Of a DNA stretch of 64,000 nt, positions 9,563-19,129 are shown one piece after another. Each line of letters starts with the position of its first letter. The stretch's first letter is position 1. The stretch comes from an uncultured Flavimarina sp. (GTDB taxonomy: Bacteria > Bacteroidota > Bacteroidia > Flavobacteriales > Flavobacteriaceae), in assembly GCA_964398145.1 (NCBI GenBank), contig CAYNMH010000003.1, positions 4,156 through 68,155 of the forward strand, given 5' to 3'. A program made the position numbers and the translations under genes. The notes under the pieces are model-generated. The model did not search any database. It was not told where the DNA came from and worked only from the letters and a program-made list of their open reading frames with translations.

Positions 9563-10447
9563 ATGAAAGTAGGTATCTACGGGCAGTTTTACCATAAAAA
9601 TTCAGGGAAGTATGTGCAGCAGCTCTTGGATCTTTTGCACCAGAAGGGTGTTGAGGTAATCATTGAAGAAAATTTTCTCAAGCTCATTCACGCCAACGAG
9701 GAAATTCATAAAACCTATTCGCATTTCAGCACCTTTGAAGAACTCGACAACTCCTATGACCTCTTTTTCAGTATAGGCGGCGATGGCACCATCCTGCAAA
9801 CCATAACGTATGTACGCGATCTTAATATTCCCATTGTGGGGATTAATACCGGCAGGCTCGGGTTTTTGGCTACCGTAAATAAAGAGAAACTGGTTTCGTC
9901 TGTAGAAGAAATTTTAAAAAACAACTACAGTATTACCGAACGCTCCCTGATCAGCATTAAGGCTTCATCACCTAACGCCACCCTTGAGGAACTCAATTTT
10001 GCTCTAAACGAAATTACCGTAAGCAGAAAGAATTCGACCTCGATGATTTCGGTAGAAACGTCATTAAACGGAGAACATCTTACCAATTACTGGGCAGACG
10101 GCCTTATAATTTCAACCCCTACAGGCTCTACAGGTTATAGCCTGAGTTGTGGCGGGCCGGTCATAATGCCTAAAACGTCCAGCTTTATTCTTACACCTAT
10201 AGCGCCTCACAATCTCAATGCGAGACCCATTGTGGTGCCAGATTCTACCGTAATAAAGCTGAAAGTTAGCGGCCGCGAGGCAGATCATTTGGTTTCTTTA
10301 GATTCCAGAATCGCGACCCTGCCCGTTGAAACTGAAATGACCCTAACCAAAGCTCCTTTCAACATTAAACTGGTGTTACTCGAGGAAGACACCTTTTTGA
10401 CTACCCTTCGCAAAAAGTTACTTTGGGGTGAAGACAAACGCAACTAA
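9563..10447 (+). CDS. nadK: NAD+ kinase
   Basis: 294 aa. GGDGT motif (SIGGDGTIL), NE..V motif, and the glycine-rich TPTGSTGYSLSCGGP segment. Confidence 0.93.
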   Translation: MKVGIYGQFYHKNSGKYVQQLLDLLHQKGVEVIIEENFLKLIHANEEIHKTYSHFSTFEELDNSYDLFFSIGGDGTILQTITYVRDLNIPIVGINTGRLGFLATVNKEKLVSSVEEILKNNYSITERSLISIKASSPNATLEELNFALNEITVSRKNSTSMISVETSLNGEHLTNYWADGLIISTPTGSTGYSLSCGGPVIMPKTSSFILTPIAPHNLNARPIVVPDSTVIKLKVSGREADHLVSLDSRIATLPVETEMTLTKAPFNIKLVLLEEDTFLTTLRKKLLWGEDKRN

Positions 10448-10519
10448 ACAATAAACTACACCTCCTTTTTGTTATTAGGAAGAAAAAACGCACTAAGATG
10501 CTTCACCGAACAATATTGT

Positions 10520-10527
10520 TATATTTG
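10520..10527 (+). promoter_or_regulatory. Candidate -7 box (TATATTTG) for the DUF6089-uppS-bamA-skp unit
   Basis: Exact TAnnTTTG match ending 18 nt upstream of the ATG at 10545. The -33 element is weak. Confidence 0.4.
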
Positions 10528-10544
10528 CAAACTTTTAAAAATCG

Positions 10545-11237
10545 ATGAGGTATTTTACAGTTCTTATTATTACGCTGCTTAGCGGGGCTCAGCTCCACAG
10601 CCAGACCTATGAAATAGGACTGTTTGCAGGCGGAAGTAACTTTATAGGAGATGTAGGCAACTCCAGCTATATAAATCCAAACGCGCCGGTTCTTGGTGGT
10701 ATTGCTAAATGGAACCGAAGTGCACGCCATGCCTTTCGCGCCAGCGTGCTTTTTGCCAATTTAAATGCTTCCGATTTTAAAAGTGACGACATCAGACGCC
10801 AGAACCGGGGCTATGAATTCAGCGGCTCTCTAATAGAAGGTTCGTTGGGCATTGAATATACCTTTTGGGATTTTGACATGCACGAAAGTTTCAACAGACC
10901 TGCAAGTCCCTATTTATACACCGGGTTCACGTATTTTTACCATGATTCTTTTGCCCTGGACCCTGTAGAAGATGCTCTGGTAAAAACAGATTCAGAATGG
11001 GATCTGGCAATCCCTATGGTTTTAGGCTTTAAAGCCCAGGTGAGCAGCAGTTTTGTGCTGGCTCTTGAACTGGGTGCGCGTTATACTTTTGCAGATAATC
11101 TAGACGGAAGTTTTCCGGGTGAGGAAGAATATGGAAATGTCAGTTTTGGTAATATCAATAATAAAGACTGGTATATGTTTTCAGGATTAACAATAACTTA
11201 TACCTTTGGCAGGCAACCATGTTACTGCGGTTTTTAA
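10545..11237 (+). CDS. Small outer-membrane beta-barrel protein (DUF6089-like)
   Basis: Signal peptide, then YEIGLFAGGSNFIGDVG. Alternating beta pattern and a C-terminal aromatic residue. Sits upstream of uppS, as this family does in Flavobacteriia. Confidence 0.55.
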   Translation: MRYFTVLIITLLSGAQLHSQTYEIGLFAGGSNFIGDVGNSSYINPNAPVLGGIAKWNRSARHAFRASVLFANLNASDFKSDDIRRQNRGYEFSGSLIEGSLGIEYTFWDFDMHESFNRPASPYLYTGFTYFYHDSFALDPVEDALVKTDSEWDLAIPMVLGFKAQVSSSFVLALELGARYTFADNLDGSFPGEEEYGNVSFGNINNKDWYMFSGLTITYTFGRQPCYCGF

Positions 11238-11247
11238 AAAAATTGAG

Positions 11248-11988
11248 ATGGAATTTTTAGACCAAATTAATCAAGATAAATTGCCTGCGCATATTGCCGT
11301 TATTATGGATGGCAATGGCAGATGGGCTAAAAATCAGGGTTTATTACGTGTAAAAGGCCATAAAAAAGGCACCAAAGCCGTACGACAAACCATTGAAGCC
11401 TGCGCAGAGCTGGGCGTACCTTATGTTACCTTATATGCCTTTTCCACGGAAAACTGGAACAGACCTAAATTAGAAGTAGATACCCTGATGAATCTTTTGG
11501 TTTCTTCACTTAAAAAAGAAATCAGCACCCTTCAGGATAATAATATTTCCCTCTCAGCAATAGGTAGTCTCGACAGCCTGCCCAAGAAAGCACAGCACGA
11601 GTTGAGTGAAGTTATTGAAAAAACAAAACAGAACACCCGCTTAAAGCTCACGTTGGCTCTGAGTTACGGGGCCCGTGAAGAGCTTATAAAAACTGTTCAG
11701 GAAATCAGTCAAAAAGTTAAAAAAAACTTAATTTCGCCACATTCAATAAACGAGTCAGTCATTAAGGAGCATTTGTATACCCACAATTTGCCTGACGTAG
11801 ACTTGCTTATACGTACCAGCGGTGAGCAGCGTATAAGCAATTTTTTATTGTGGCAAATCGCCTATGCCGAGTTGTATTTTACACCCGTGCTGTGGCCCGA
11901 TTTTACTAAAGAACATCTGTACGAAGCAATTTATAATTATCAGAAAAGAGAACGACGATTTGGAAAGACGAGTGAGCAAATTAATTAA
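11248..11988 (+). CDS. uppS: Di-trans,poly-cis-undecaprenyl-diphosphate synthase
   Basis: IMDGNGRWA and RTSGEQRISNFLLWQ motifs. ATG at 11248; the ORF-track start at 11206 overlaps the upstream gene. Confidence 0.93.
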   Translation: MEFLDQINQDKLPAHIAVIMDGNGRWAKNQGLLRVKGHKKGTKAVRQTIEACAELGVPYVTLYAFSTENWNRPKLEVDTLMNLLVSSLKKEISTLQDNNISLSAIGSLDSLPKKAQHELSEVIEKTKQNTRLKLTLALSYGAREELIKTVQEISQKVKKNLISPHSINESVIKEHLYTHNLPDVDLLIRTSGEQRISNFLLWQIAYAELYFTPVLWPDFTKEHLYEAIYNYQKRERRFGKTSEQIN

Positions 11989-11992
11989 ACAG

Positions 11993-14578
11993 ATGCCTGT
12001 CAAACAGCGCCTTTTAATGTCTTTATTAGTAAGCTGTTTTACGTTTACCTCCCTTTTTGCACAACAAGATTTACCGGTATCCAATGGTAAACAGTACACC
12101 ATAGGTAAACTATCAGTGGTTGGTGCAAAACAGTATAATGAGCAAACTGTAATTGCCTTTACCCGCCTAAGACCTGGCGAGCAGGTTTACCTGCCCGGAG
12201 ATCGCATCAGTAATGTTATTAAAAAACTTTGGGATCTTGATTTGTTTAGTGACATCAACCTGTATGCTACAATCAATGGCGATGTGGTAGATCTTAAATT
12301 TGAGATTGAAGAAGTGCCTGAACTTAATGAAGTAACCATTACCGGCATCAAGGAGAAAAAAGCCAAGGATATCATTAAGGATAACGACCTTAAGAAAGGT
12401 GCCAAAGTAACCGAAAACCTGATTACAAAAACTAAATACTATATTGAGAATAAGTACAAGAAAGAAGGCTATCTTAACTCGAAAGTTAGTATTATAACCA
12501 GGCCGGTTACAGATACCGTAGCTTCGCAAAAAGTGGATATGCTTGTTAATGTGGAACTGAGTGACCGCGTTAAAATAGAAGACATTGAATTTATAGGCAA
12601 TGATGAACTCTCTGATGCCAAGTTGCGCAAGCAGATGAAAAATACCAAGCAGAAAAATTTAATCCGCTTTTGGAAACGTTCTAAATATATTGCTGAAAAC
12701 TACGCCGAAGATAAAGTTTCAGTTATTGATAAATACAAGGAGAAAGGTTTTAGAGATGCCCGTATTGTTTCCGACACCCTTATTCACAGCGGTGAAGATT
12801 TAATAACCTTGAAACTTACGGTAGAAGAAGGTGATAAATATTACATTGGCGATATTGATTTCTTAGGGAATACCGTTTATTCAGACCGCGAACTGGCAAG
12901 GCAATTAGGTCTCGAAAAAGGAGATGTTTACAATGGTGTTCTTTTAAAAGAGCGTATTTCTAAAGATGGCGACCCTAATGCAGATGACCTTTCCAACTTA
13001 TATAAGAATAGTGGTTATTTATTCTCTTCCATCAATCCTGTTGAGACTAACGTTGAAAACGACACCATTGATTTTGAAATACGTATAACCGAAGGTAAAC
13101 TGGCTTATTTTGACCGGATTACCATAACCGGAAACGACAAGACCAAAGACCGCGTCATTTACCGTAACCTGCGTACCCGGCCGGGGCAGCGCTACAGCCA
13201 GGCAGCAGTATTACAAACAACCCGTGAGCTGGGTCAGACCGGTTTCTTTGATCCGGAACAATTAAATCCGCAGTTTTTAAATGCAAATCCTTATGATGGG
13301 ACTATAGATATTAACTACGCATTGGTAGAACAAGGAGCCAGCCAGATTGAACTTCAGGGCGGTTATGGCGGTGGAGGCTTTGTTGGAACCCTGGGGTTAT
13401 CATTCAACAACTTCTCAATACAGAACCTGTTTAACAAAGAGGCCTACCAGCCGCTTCCTATGGGTGACGGTCAGCGATTTAGTCTTAGAGCACAGGCCAG
13501 TACCTTTTATCAAACGTACAGTGCATCTCTGGCTGAACCCTGGTTAGGTGGTAAAAAACCGGTACAATTACAACTAAGCTTTTCACACAGTATTCAGTAT
13601 CGCTTCGATTTTACCGGAGGCCGTCAGGCAAGACCCAATAGAGATCAGCGTTTCCTGATTACAGGTGGTTCTATTGGTTTGGCTAAACGACTTGAAGTTC
13701 CTGATAACTATTTTACGATATCTCATTCGATTAGTTTTCAGCACTTCGACTTAAAAAATTATAATGTGGGTCTGTTTACCTTTGGAAATGGTTCTTCGGA
13801 AAACCTGGCCTATACCATTGGTATTTCGCGTAATGAAACCGATGTGAACCCTATTTTCCCTAGATCGGGCTCTAAATTCAACTTAACTGCAAAGCTGGCA
13901 CCTCCTTACTCGTTGTGGAACGGTACTGATTATAAGCAATTGGCAGAAGATCGTGCAGTGGCAGATGCCGCGGGAGACCGGCAGACCGTTGCCGAAATTG
14001 ACCAGGAACGCTTTAACTGGCTGGAATATTACAAAGTCAAGTTTGAAGGGCAATGGTTTACATCACTGGTAGGTAAATTGGTTTTAAGCAGTAAAACAGA
14101 GTTTGGTTTCTTAGGCGCGTACAACAATGACCGCGGCATACCCCCATTTGATCGCTTCTTCCTGGGAGGTGATGGTTTAGGAGGTTTTGCATTAGACGGT
14201 CGTGAGGTTATTCGATTGAGAGGATACCCTAATCAATCTGTACTGCCTCAGGATCGTTCAGAAAATTCAGATTTCGATCGTAATGACGGGGCAACTATTT
14301 ACAATAAATTTGAATTTGAACTTCGTTATCCTATTACTTTAAAACCTTCGGCATCCATTTATGCCTTGATGTTTGCAGAAGCAGGAGCTTCCTTTGACAA
14401 TTTTAGAAATTATAATCCGTTCTTAATGAACCGTTCTGCCGGCGCAGGTATTCGTATATTTATGCCGGCCTTTGGTTTGCTTGGTATCGATTTTGGTTAC
14501 GGGTTTGATCCTATTCCGGGTACTGTGGGTGGTCCTAATGGATGGGAGACTCACTTTATAATCGGCCAGCAGTTTTAA
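11993..14578 (+). CDS. bamA: Outer-membrane protein assembly factor BamA
   Basis: ATG at 11993 gives the signal peptide MPVKQRLLMSLLVSCFTFTSLFAQQ. POTRA repeats, then an Omp85 barrel ending ..HFIIGQQF. Follows uppS. The ORF-track start at 11864 lies inside uppS. Confidence 0.93.
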   Translation: MPVKQRLLMSLLVSCFTFTSLFAQQDLPVSNGKQYTIGKLSVVGAKQYNEQTVIAFTRLRPGEQVYLPGDRISNVIKKLWDLDLFSDINLYATINGDVVDLKFEIEEVPELNEVTITGIKEKKAKDIIKDNDLKKGAKVTENLITKTKYYIENKYKKEGYLNSKVSIITRPVTDTVASQKVDMLVNVELSDRVKIEDIEFIGNDELSDAKLRKQMKNTKQKNLIRFWKRSKYIAENYAEDKVSVIDKYKEKGFRDARIVSDTLIHSGEDLITLKLTVEEGDKYYIGDIDFLGNTVYSDRELARQLGLEKGDVYNGVLLKERISKDGDPNADDLSNLYKNSGYLFSSINPVETNVENDTIDFEIRITEGKLAYFDRITITGNDKTKDRVIYRNLRTRPGQRYSQAAVLQTTRELGQTGFFDPEQLNPQFLNANPYDGTIDINYALVEQGASQIELQGGYGGGGFVGTLGLSFNNFSIQNLFNKEAYQPLPMGDGQRFSLRAQASTFYQTYSASLAEPWLGGKKPVQLQLSFSHSIQYRFDFTGGRQARPNRDQRFLITGGSIGLAKRLEVPDNYFTISHSISFQHFDLKNYNVGLFTFGNGSSENLAYTIGISRNETDVNPIFPRSGSKFNLTAKLAPPYSLWNGTDYKQLAEDRAVADAAGDRQTVAEIDQERFNWLEYYKVKFEGQWFTSLVGKLVLSSKTEFGFLGAYNNDRGIPPFDRFFLGGDGLGGFALDGREVIRLRGYPNQSVLPQDRSENSDFDRNDGATIYNKFEFELRYPITLKPSASIYALMFAEAGASFDNFRNYNPFLMNRSAGAGIRIFMPAFGLLGIDFGYGFDPIPGTVGGPNGWETHFIIGQQF

Positions 14579-14612
14579 ATTTGGCACGATATTTTCTAAA
14601 GTAGCAGTATCT

Positions 14613-15554
14613 ATGAGAACACCCGTTTTAATTTTTAGTCTAATCCTGGTTATGCTGGGTGCAGAATCAAGAGCACAACGTAGTATTCGTATAGGTTATG
14701 TAGATATGAATTACATCTTAGAAAATGTACCGGAGTATCAGGAAGCACAGACTCAGCTCGATAAACGCGTAGCCGAGTGGAAAATTGAAATTGAGAAGCG
14801 CAACAAGGAGATAGAGCAAATGAAACAAGCCCTGGATAACGAGCGGGTTCTATTAACCCAGGAACTCATAAAGGAGCGGGAAGATGAAATTCGCTTTATG
14901 CAAAATGAAATACTGGATTATCAACAAAAGCGTTTTGGTCCAGAAGGTGACTTGATAAAGCAACGCAGTGTTTTGATTGAACCTATACAGGATCAGGTAT
15001 TTAATGCCGTTCAGGAAATAGGAAAAGCCAGACAATATGATTTTGTACTTGATAAATCATCAGACCTCGTGATGTTGTATGCGGATAAGCGCCACGATGT
15101 GAGTGATCAAATATTATTGAGTATTAAGCGCTCATCAAAACGCAATCAGGTACAGTCGCGTTCAGACAAAGATGATTTGGAACGTACGGAAGCTTTGACC
15201 ATTGAAGAAGTACGTGAACGGGAAAAACGGGAAGCCGAAGCAGATGCTAAACAAACTGAACGCGAGCAGATTATAGAAGCCCGACGGGCCAGTCGGGATT
15301 CTCTTCAAAATGCGAAAAGAGAAGAATTTGAACGTCGCCGTCGTGAAATTTTAGAAGAACGTCAACGCAAAAAGGATTCGGTTGAAGCGGCAAGGTCTGG
15401 GAACACCTCAAGTAATCCACCTGGTGTACCGGTAGGGACACCTCCTGCAACTATGACACCTGAACAGCGCAGACAGCAAATATTGCAAGAGCGCCAAAGA
15501 CGCCGAGATTCTATACTGGAAAGCAGAAAGAAACAAAAAGATTCAATAAAATAA
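14613..15554 (+). CDS. OmpH/Skp-family periplasmic chaperone with a long Arg/Glu-rich C-terminal tail
   Basis: Signal peptide and an OmpH-like coiled coil over the first 170 aa or so, followed by about 140 aa of charged low-complexity sequence. Downstream of bamA. Confidence 0.8.
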   Translation: MRTPVLIFSLILVMLGAESRAQRSIRIGYVDMNYILENVPEYQEAQTQLDKRVAEWKIEIEKRNKEIEQMKQALDNERVLLTQELIKEREDEIRFMQNEILDYQQKRFGPEGDLIKQRSVLIEPIQDQVFNAVQEIGKARQYDFVLDKSSDLVMLYADKRHDVSDQILLSIKRSSKRNQVQSRSDKDDLERTEALTIEEVREREKREAEADAKQTEREQIIEARRASRDSLQNAKREEFERRRREILEERQRKKDSVEAARSGNTSSNPPGVPVGTPPATMTPEQRRQQILQERQRRRDSILESRKKQKDSIK

Positions 15555-15629
15555 CTTAAAATTTGCTCCGGTCACGAGCCTAAAAGGACCACTATTTTTT
15601 AAATAATTATAACACTTAATATCAGAACA

Positions 15630-16142
15630 ATGAAACACGTTAAAACCCTAGTTGTAGCCTTAGCCCTAATTTTAGGAACGACAGGATTTATCCAAGCTCA
15701 AGACTTAAAAGTTGCTCACATTGCGACTCAGGACTTGCTTACCTCTATGCCTCAATACAAACAAGCTCAGGCTGACCTGGAGAAGCTGCAAAGTTCGTAT
15801 GACGCTGAGATGAATACCATGGCTGAAGAGCTAAAGAAAACTATGACCCGTTATGGTAACGAAGCTCCTAACCAGACAGACGAGACTAACCTGCAACGTC
15901 AGGCCGAAGTAGAGCAAACCCGTAATAAGATTATGGAATACCGTCAAAATGCGCTTAGAGATCTTCAGAAAAAAGAAGCTGAAGCCCTACAACCCATTAT
16001 TGAAAAAGCCCGTACTGCCATTCAAAAAGTGGCTCGCGCCAAAGGTTATAAATACGTGTTGGACAGTACTACCGGCACCGGTTTAATTTTGGCTGACGGT
16101 TACGACCTTATGCCTGATGTTAAAAAGGAATTAGGCATCTAA
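15630..16142 (+). CDS. OmpH/Skp-family periplasmic chaperone
   Basis: 170 aa. Signal peptide and OmpH coiled-coil pattern. Second skp paralogue after bamA. Confidence 0.85.
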   Translation: MKHVKTLVVALALILGTTGFIQAQDLKVAHIATQDLLTSMPQYKQAQADLEKLQSSYDAEMNTMAEELKKTMTRYGNEAPNQTDETNLQRQAEVEQTRNKIMEYRQNALRDLQKKEAEALQPIIEKARTAIQKVARAKGYKYVLDSTTGTGLILADGYDLMPDVKKELGI

Positions 16143-16165
16143 GCCCAAAATAATTGATAAATACT

Positions 16166-16206
16166 ACTGCCCTTTTGAGCATTCATTAGGGCAGTTTTTT
16201 ATTTTT
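16166..16206 (+). terminator. Rho-independent terminator after the second skp gene
   Basis: 8-bp stem actgccct / agggcagt (16166-16173 / 16188-16195), followed by TTTTTTATTTTT. Confidence 0.7.
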
Positions 16207-16212
16207 GGCGGT

Positions 16213-17004
16213 ATGCAAAACGGGCGACCCATTGGTTTTTTTGATAGCGGTGTAGGAGGTACTTCTATCTGGAAAGAAGTAGTTAAGCTGCTCCCTAGTG
16301 AAAATACCATATATCTTGCAGATAGCACCAATGCTCCTTATGGCGAAAAGTCAGGAGAGGAAATCTGTAATCTTTCCGTAAAAAATACGGAAAAACTTTT
16401 GAGTCTGAATTGTAAACTTATTGTTGTAGCCTGCAATACGGCAACGACTAATGCTATAGACTTTCTCCGGAAGAATTACAAAGTACCTTTCATAGGAATA
16501 GAACCTGCAATCAAACCTGCAGCGCTTTCTTCAAAAAGTAAAGCAGTAGGAATTTTGGCCACAAAAGGAACCTTAAGCAGCAGCCTCTTTGCGCGTACCT
16601 CAAGCTTATATGCAAGTGATCTTAACGTTATTGAAGTTATAGGCACAGGTCTCGTAGAACGCATCGAAAACGGACTCATCAATACCGAAGAAACACGACG
16701 TTTGCTTGATGCCTATCTAGAGCCCATGCTGGCACAAAACATTGACTATCTCGTGCTGGGATGCAGTCACTACCCCTATTTGATTCCGCTATTGCGGGAA
16801 CTGCTGCCGGGAGAAGTACAAATTATTGATAGTGGCAGGGCTGTTGCGCTACAAACCCGCAAAATTCTGGAACTGAACTCCCTGCTTAATTCCACACCAG
16901 AACAAGCAAAACACAGTCTGTATACGAATGCAAGTGTAAAAACCTTGGCTGCACTTACTGCAGATGTTTCGGTTGATAAGCAAGTAAGTTTTTTGGATTT
17001 TTAA
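16213..17004 (+). CDS. murI: Glutamate racemase
   Basis: FDSGVGG, VVACNTAT and LGCSHYP motifs. 263 aa. Confidence 0.94.
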   Translation: MQNGRPIGFFDSGVGGTSIWKEVVKLLPSENTIYLADSTNAPYGEKSGEEICNLSVKNTEKLLSLNCKLIVVACNTATTNAIDFLRKNYKVPFIGIEPAIKPAALSSKSKAVGILATKGTLSSSLFARTSSLYASDLNVIEVIGTGLVERIENGLINTEETRRLLDAYLEPMLAQNIDYLVLGCSHYPYLIPLLRELLPGEVQIIDSGRAVALQTRKILELNSLLNSTPEQAKHSLYTNASVKTLAALTADVSVDKQVSFLDF

Positions 17005-17999
17005 TTGATAGCCGGGCAATTACACTCGTAGGGCTCACGACGTTCACCAAAGTCGTAACCTAGCGTAATCTGATGAAAACCATTGCTCAACACCACTTCA
17101 TTTTGTTGGTAAGTGTAGGTGTAGCCTACTAAAAAGCGATTGTAAGTAACGCCCACAAATGGAGTGATATATTGCGAGCGCTGACTCGTTACTCTGCCAT
17201 CACTATTGAGATATTGCGCACCGTCCAGATTGCGACGGTAAGACAAACCTCCCCATAATTTTCCCCAATCGAATTTACGGTAGACTTTTCCGTTGACATC
17301 AATACTTACTTCCTGCGTTTCATCTGTAGCCTGAAGCATCAAAGAAGGCTCGTAACTCCAGGGACTGTTATATTTTCCGAACACATAACCCACGGAAGCC
17401 AGATAACGCCGCTGATTGGTCGATTCCAGTTGTGGGCTGAAAATCGCGCGTTGGCGTGGCAAAACGTTTTTAACGGTAGCATGAGCATAAAAATCAAGGA
17501 AGTAATACGACATCCCAATATCTACATTGAAATAGCTGTCGGTTTGACTTCCGCCGGAAATTACCGGATCAAAATCGATTAAATCAAATGCACTTTCATC
17601 CAGAGTTGTTTGCATCAACCCCACATTTAATCCAAATGAAAGCTGATTGAGATCAACGTAATTACGGGATAGCAATAAATGATAAGCAAAGGTTGCAAAT
17701 ACACCGCGCTGCGAAAAGTTTCCGTTTTCATCGGAAAAAAGGATACCTCCAAGCCCTACTTTATCGCCAACCCTTCCGTTTACGGCAGCTGTATAAAGGT
17801 TAGGAGCATCCTCCACATCAAACCATTGCTGTCTTCCAGTAAGGCGTATTTGGTTTGCATTTGCAGCCCCCGCCATAGATGGATGTAGCAGATATAAATT
17901 TTCAGTCAGATAATCCCAATATACAGGAATACCTTCCTGAGACCGCCCCGCTAAACCACACAAAAGCAGTAGACTAATAAATATTTTTTTATGCAGCAT
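17001..17999 (-). CDS. PorP/SprF-family type IX secretion system membrane protein
   Basis: 332 aa. Signal peptide, a family-typical N-terminus (..NLYLLHPSMAG..) and beta-barrel periodicity. Size matches SprF/PorP. Confidence 0.75.
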   Translation of the reverse strand: MLHKKIFISLLLLCGLAGRSQEGIPVYWDYLTENLYLLHPSMAGAANANQIRLTGRQQWFDVEDAPNLYTAAVNGRVGDKVGLGGILFSDENGNFSQRGVFATFAYHLLLSRNYVDLNQLSFGLNVGLMQTTLDESAFDLIDFDPVISGGSQTDSYFNVDIGMSYYFLDFYAHATVKNVLPRQRAIFSPQLESTNQRRYLASVGYVFGKYNSPWSYEPSLMLQATDETQEVSIDVNGKVYRKFDWGKLWGGLSYRRNLDGAQYLNSDGRVTSQRSQYITPFVGVTYNRFLVGYTYTYQQNEVVLSNGFHQITLGYDFGERREPYECNCPAIN

Positions 18000-18115
18000 A
18001 AGGCGTATGAAAAAACTGTTATAACACGTTTAGGGCTAACGTTGTAAATCTAAATAAATTATGACAGGCAAGCGAGTTAGAGACTTAAAAAAAATGCTAT
18101 CCAAAGCAAAAAAGC

Positions 18116-18123
18116 TAAATTTG
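18116..18123 (+). promoter_or_regulatory. Candidate -7 box (TAAATTTG) for the Nfu-type gene
   Basis: Exact TAnnTTTG match ending 18 nt upstream of the ATG at 18141. No clear -33 element. Confidence 0.35.
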
Positions 18124-18140
18124 CGGTAAAATTAAAAACT

Positions 18141-19043
18141 ATGAGCACCTACGCTATCTCCATAGAACCTACGTCTAATCCTGCAATTAAAAAATTTCAG
18201 GCAAATCAGTTTTTGGTAGATCATACCAGCTACGAATTTCACAACATTGATGAGGCTAAAAATTCACCTTTGGCTCAACAGCTTTTTTACCTGCCCTTTG
18301 TTAAGACTGTTTACATCTCTCAAAATTTTATCGCAGTTGAAAAATTCAATATTGTCGAATGGATTGATGTTCAGGATGAACTTGCCGGTCAACTTGAAAA
18401 TTTTCTAAACGACAACGGTGTGGTGATCATCGAAGATGCCACTTCTAAAAAAATACCAGTAACCGTGTATGCCGAAAGCACTCCCAACCCTGCTGTATTG
18501 AAGTTTGTTACTAATAAAAAAATAGTCACCGAAACATTAGAGTTCAAGAATATAGATGAGGCCAAAAACGCTCCTCTGGCACTGCAGCTTTTTCATTTCC
18601 CTTTTGTCAAGGAAGTGTTTATGGACTCCAACTATGTGAGCATCCAAAAGTATGAGATGGCAGAGTGGGATGAAGTTTTCCAGGAAGTGCGTGAGTTTAT
18701 AAAGAACTGGATTGAAGATGGAAAAGAAATCGTTTCTGCTGGCTTCAAAAAAACACCTCAGGCGGTGGAGCAGCAAAAAGAGCACGACTTTGAAAGTATG
18801 GATGATACTTCCAAAGAAATTGCAAATATTATTGAAGAATACGTAAAACCAGCTGTAGCCAGTGACGGAGGGAATATTCTGTTCAAAAATTACGATCCGA
18901 AAACGAAAAATGTACAGGTTGTTTTACAGGGTGCCTGTAGCGGCTGTCCCTCTTCTACCTTTACCCTTAAAAATGGTATTGAGACCATGTTAAAAGAAAT
19001 ACTGCAGGGTAGAATCAACAGCGTAGAAGCTATTAATGGTTAA
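18141..19043 (+). CDS. NifU/Nfu-family Fe-S cluster protein with duplicated Nfu_N domain
   Basis: Two tandem Nfu_N-like units (NIDEAKNxPLAxQLF..PFVK appears twice), then a NifU C-terminal domain with CSGCPSS. Confidence 0.85.
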   Translation: MSTYAISIEPTSNPAIKKFQANQFLVDHTSYEFHNIDEAKNSPLAQQLFYLPFVKTVYISQNFIAVEKFNIVEWIDVQDELAGQLENFLNDNGVVIIEDATSKKIPVTVYAESTPNPAVLKFVTNKKIVTETLEFKNIDEAKNAPLALQLFHFPFVKEVFMDSNYVSIQKYEMAEWDEVFQEVREFIKNWIEDGKEIVSAGFKKTPQAVEQQKEHDFESMDDTSKEIANIIEEYVKPAVASDGGNILFKNYDPKTKNVQVVLQGACSGCPSSTFTLKNGIETMLKEILQGRINSVEAING

Positions 19044-19129
19044 TTAGGATTAACAAATCCTTAGTGCATAAGTGCCCTAATTATTGTAAATTGAGAATTC
19101 AACAATTTAAATAACCAAAAAAGATAATT

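Noticed and set aside
11864-11992. N-terminal extensions in the ORF track: bamA from 11864, uppS from 11206, clpP to 2233, the SGNH gene to 5739, SCO to 30036 and the small CxxC ORF to 28700.
   Set aside because: The extensions overlap upstream genes, use TTG starts, or precede clean signal peptides or canonical N-termini. I chose downstream ATG starts instead.
18061-18129. A highly basic 22-codon micro-ORF (MTGKRVRDLKKMLSKAKKLNLR) in the porP/nfu divergent spacer.
   Set aside because: It overlaps the candidate -7 box of the Nfu-type gene, is very short and resembles no known small protein that I recognise. It cannot be supported without conservation or translation data.
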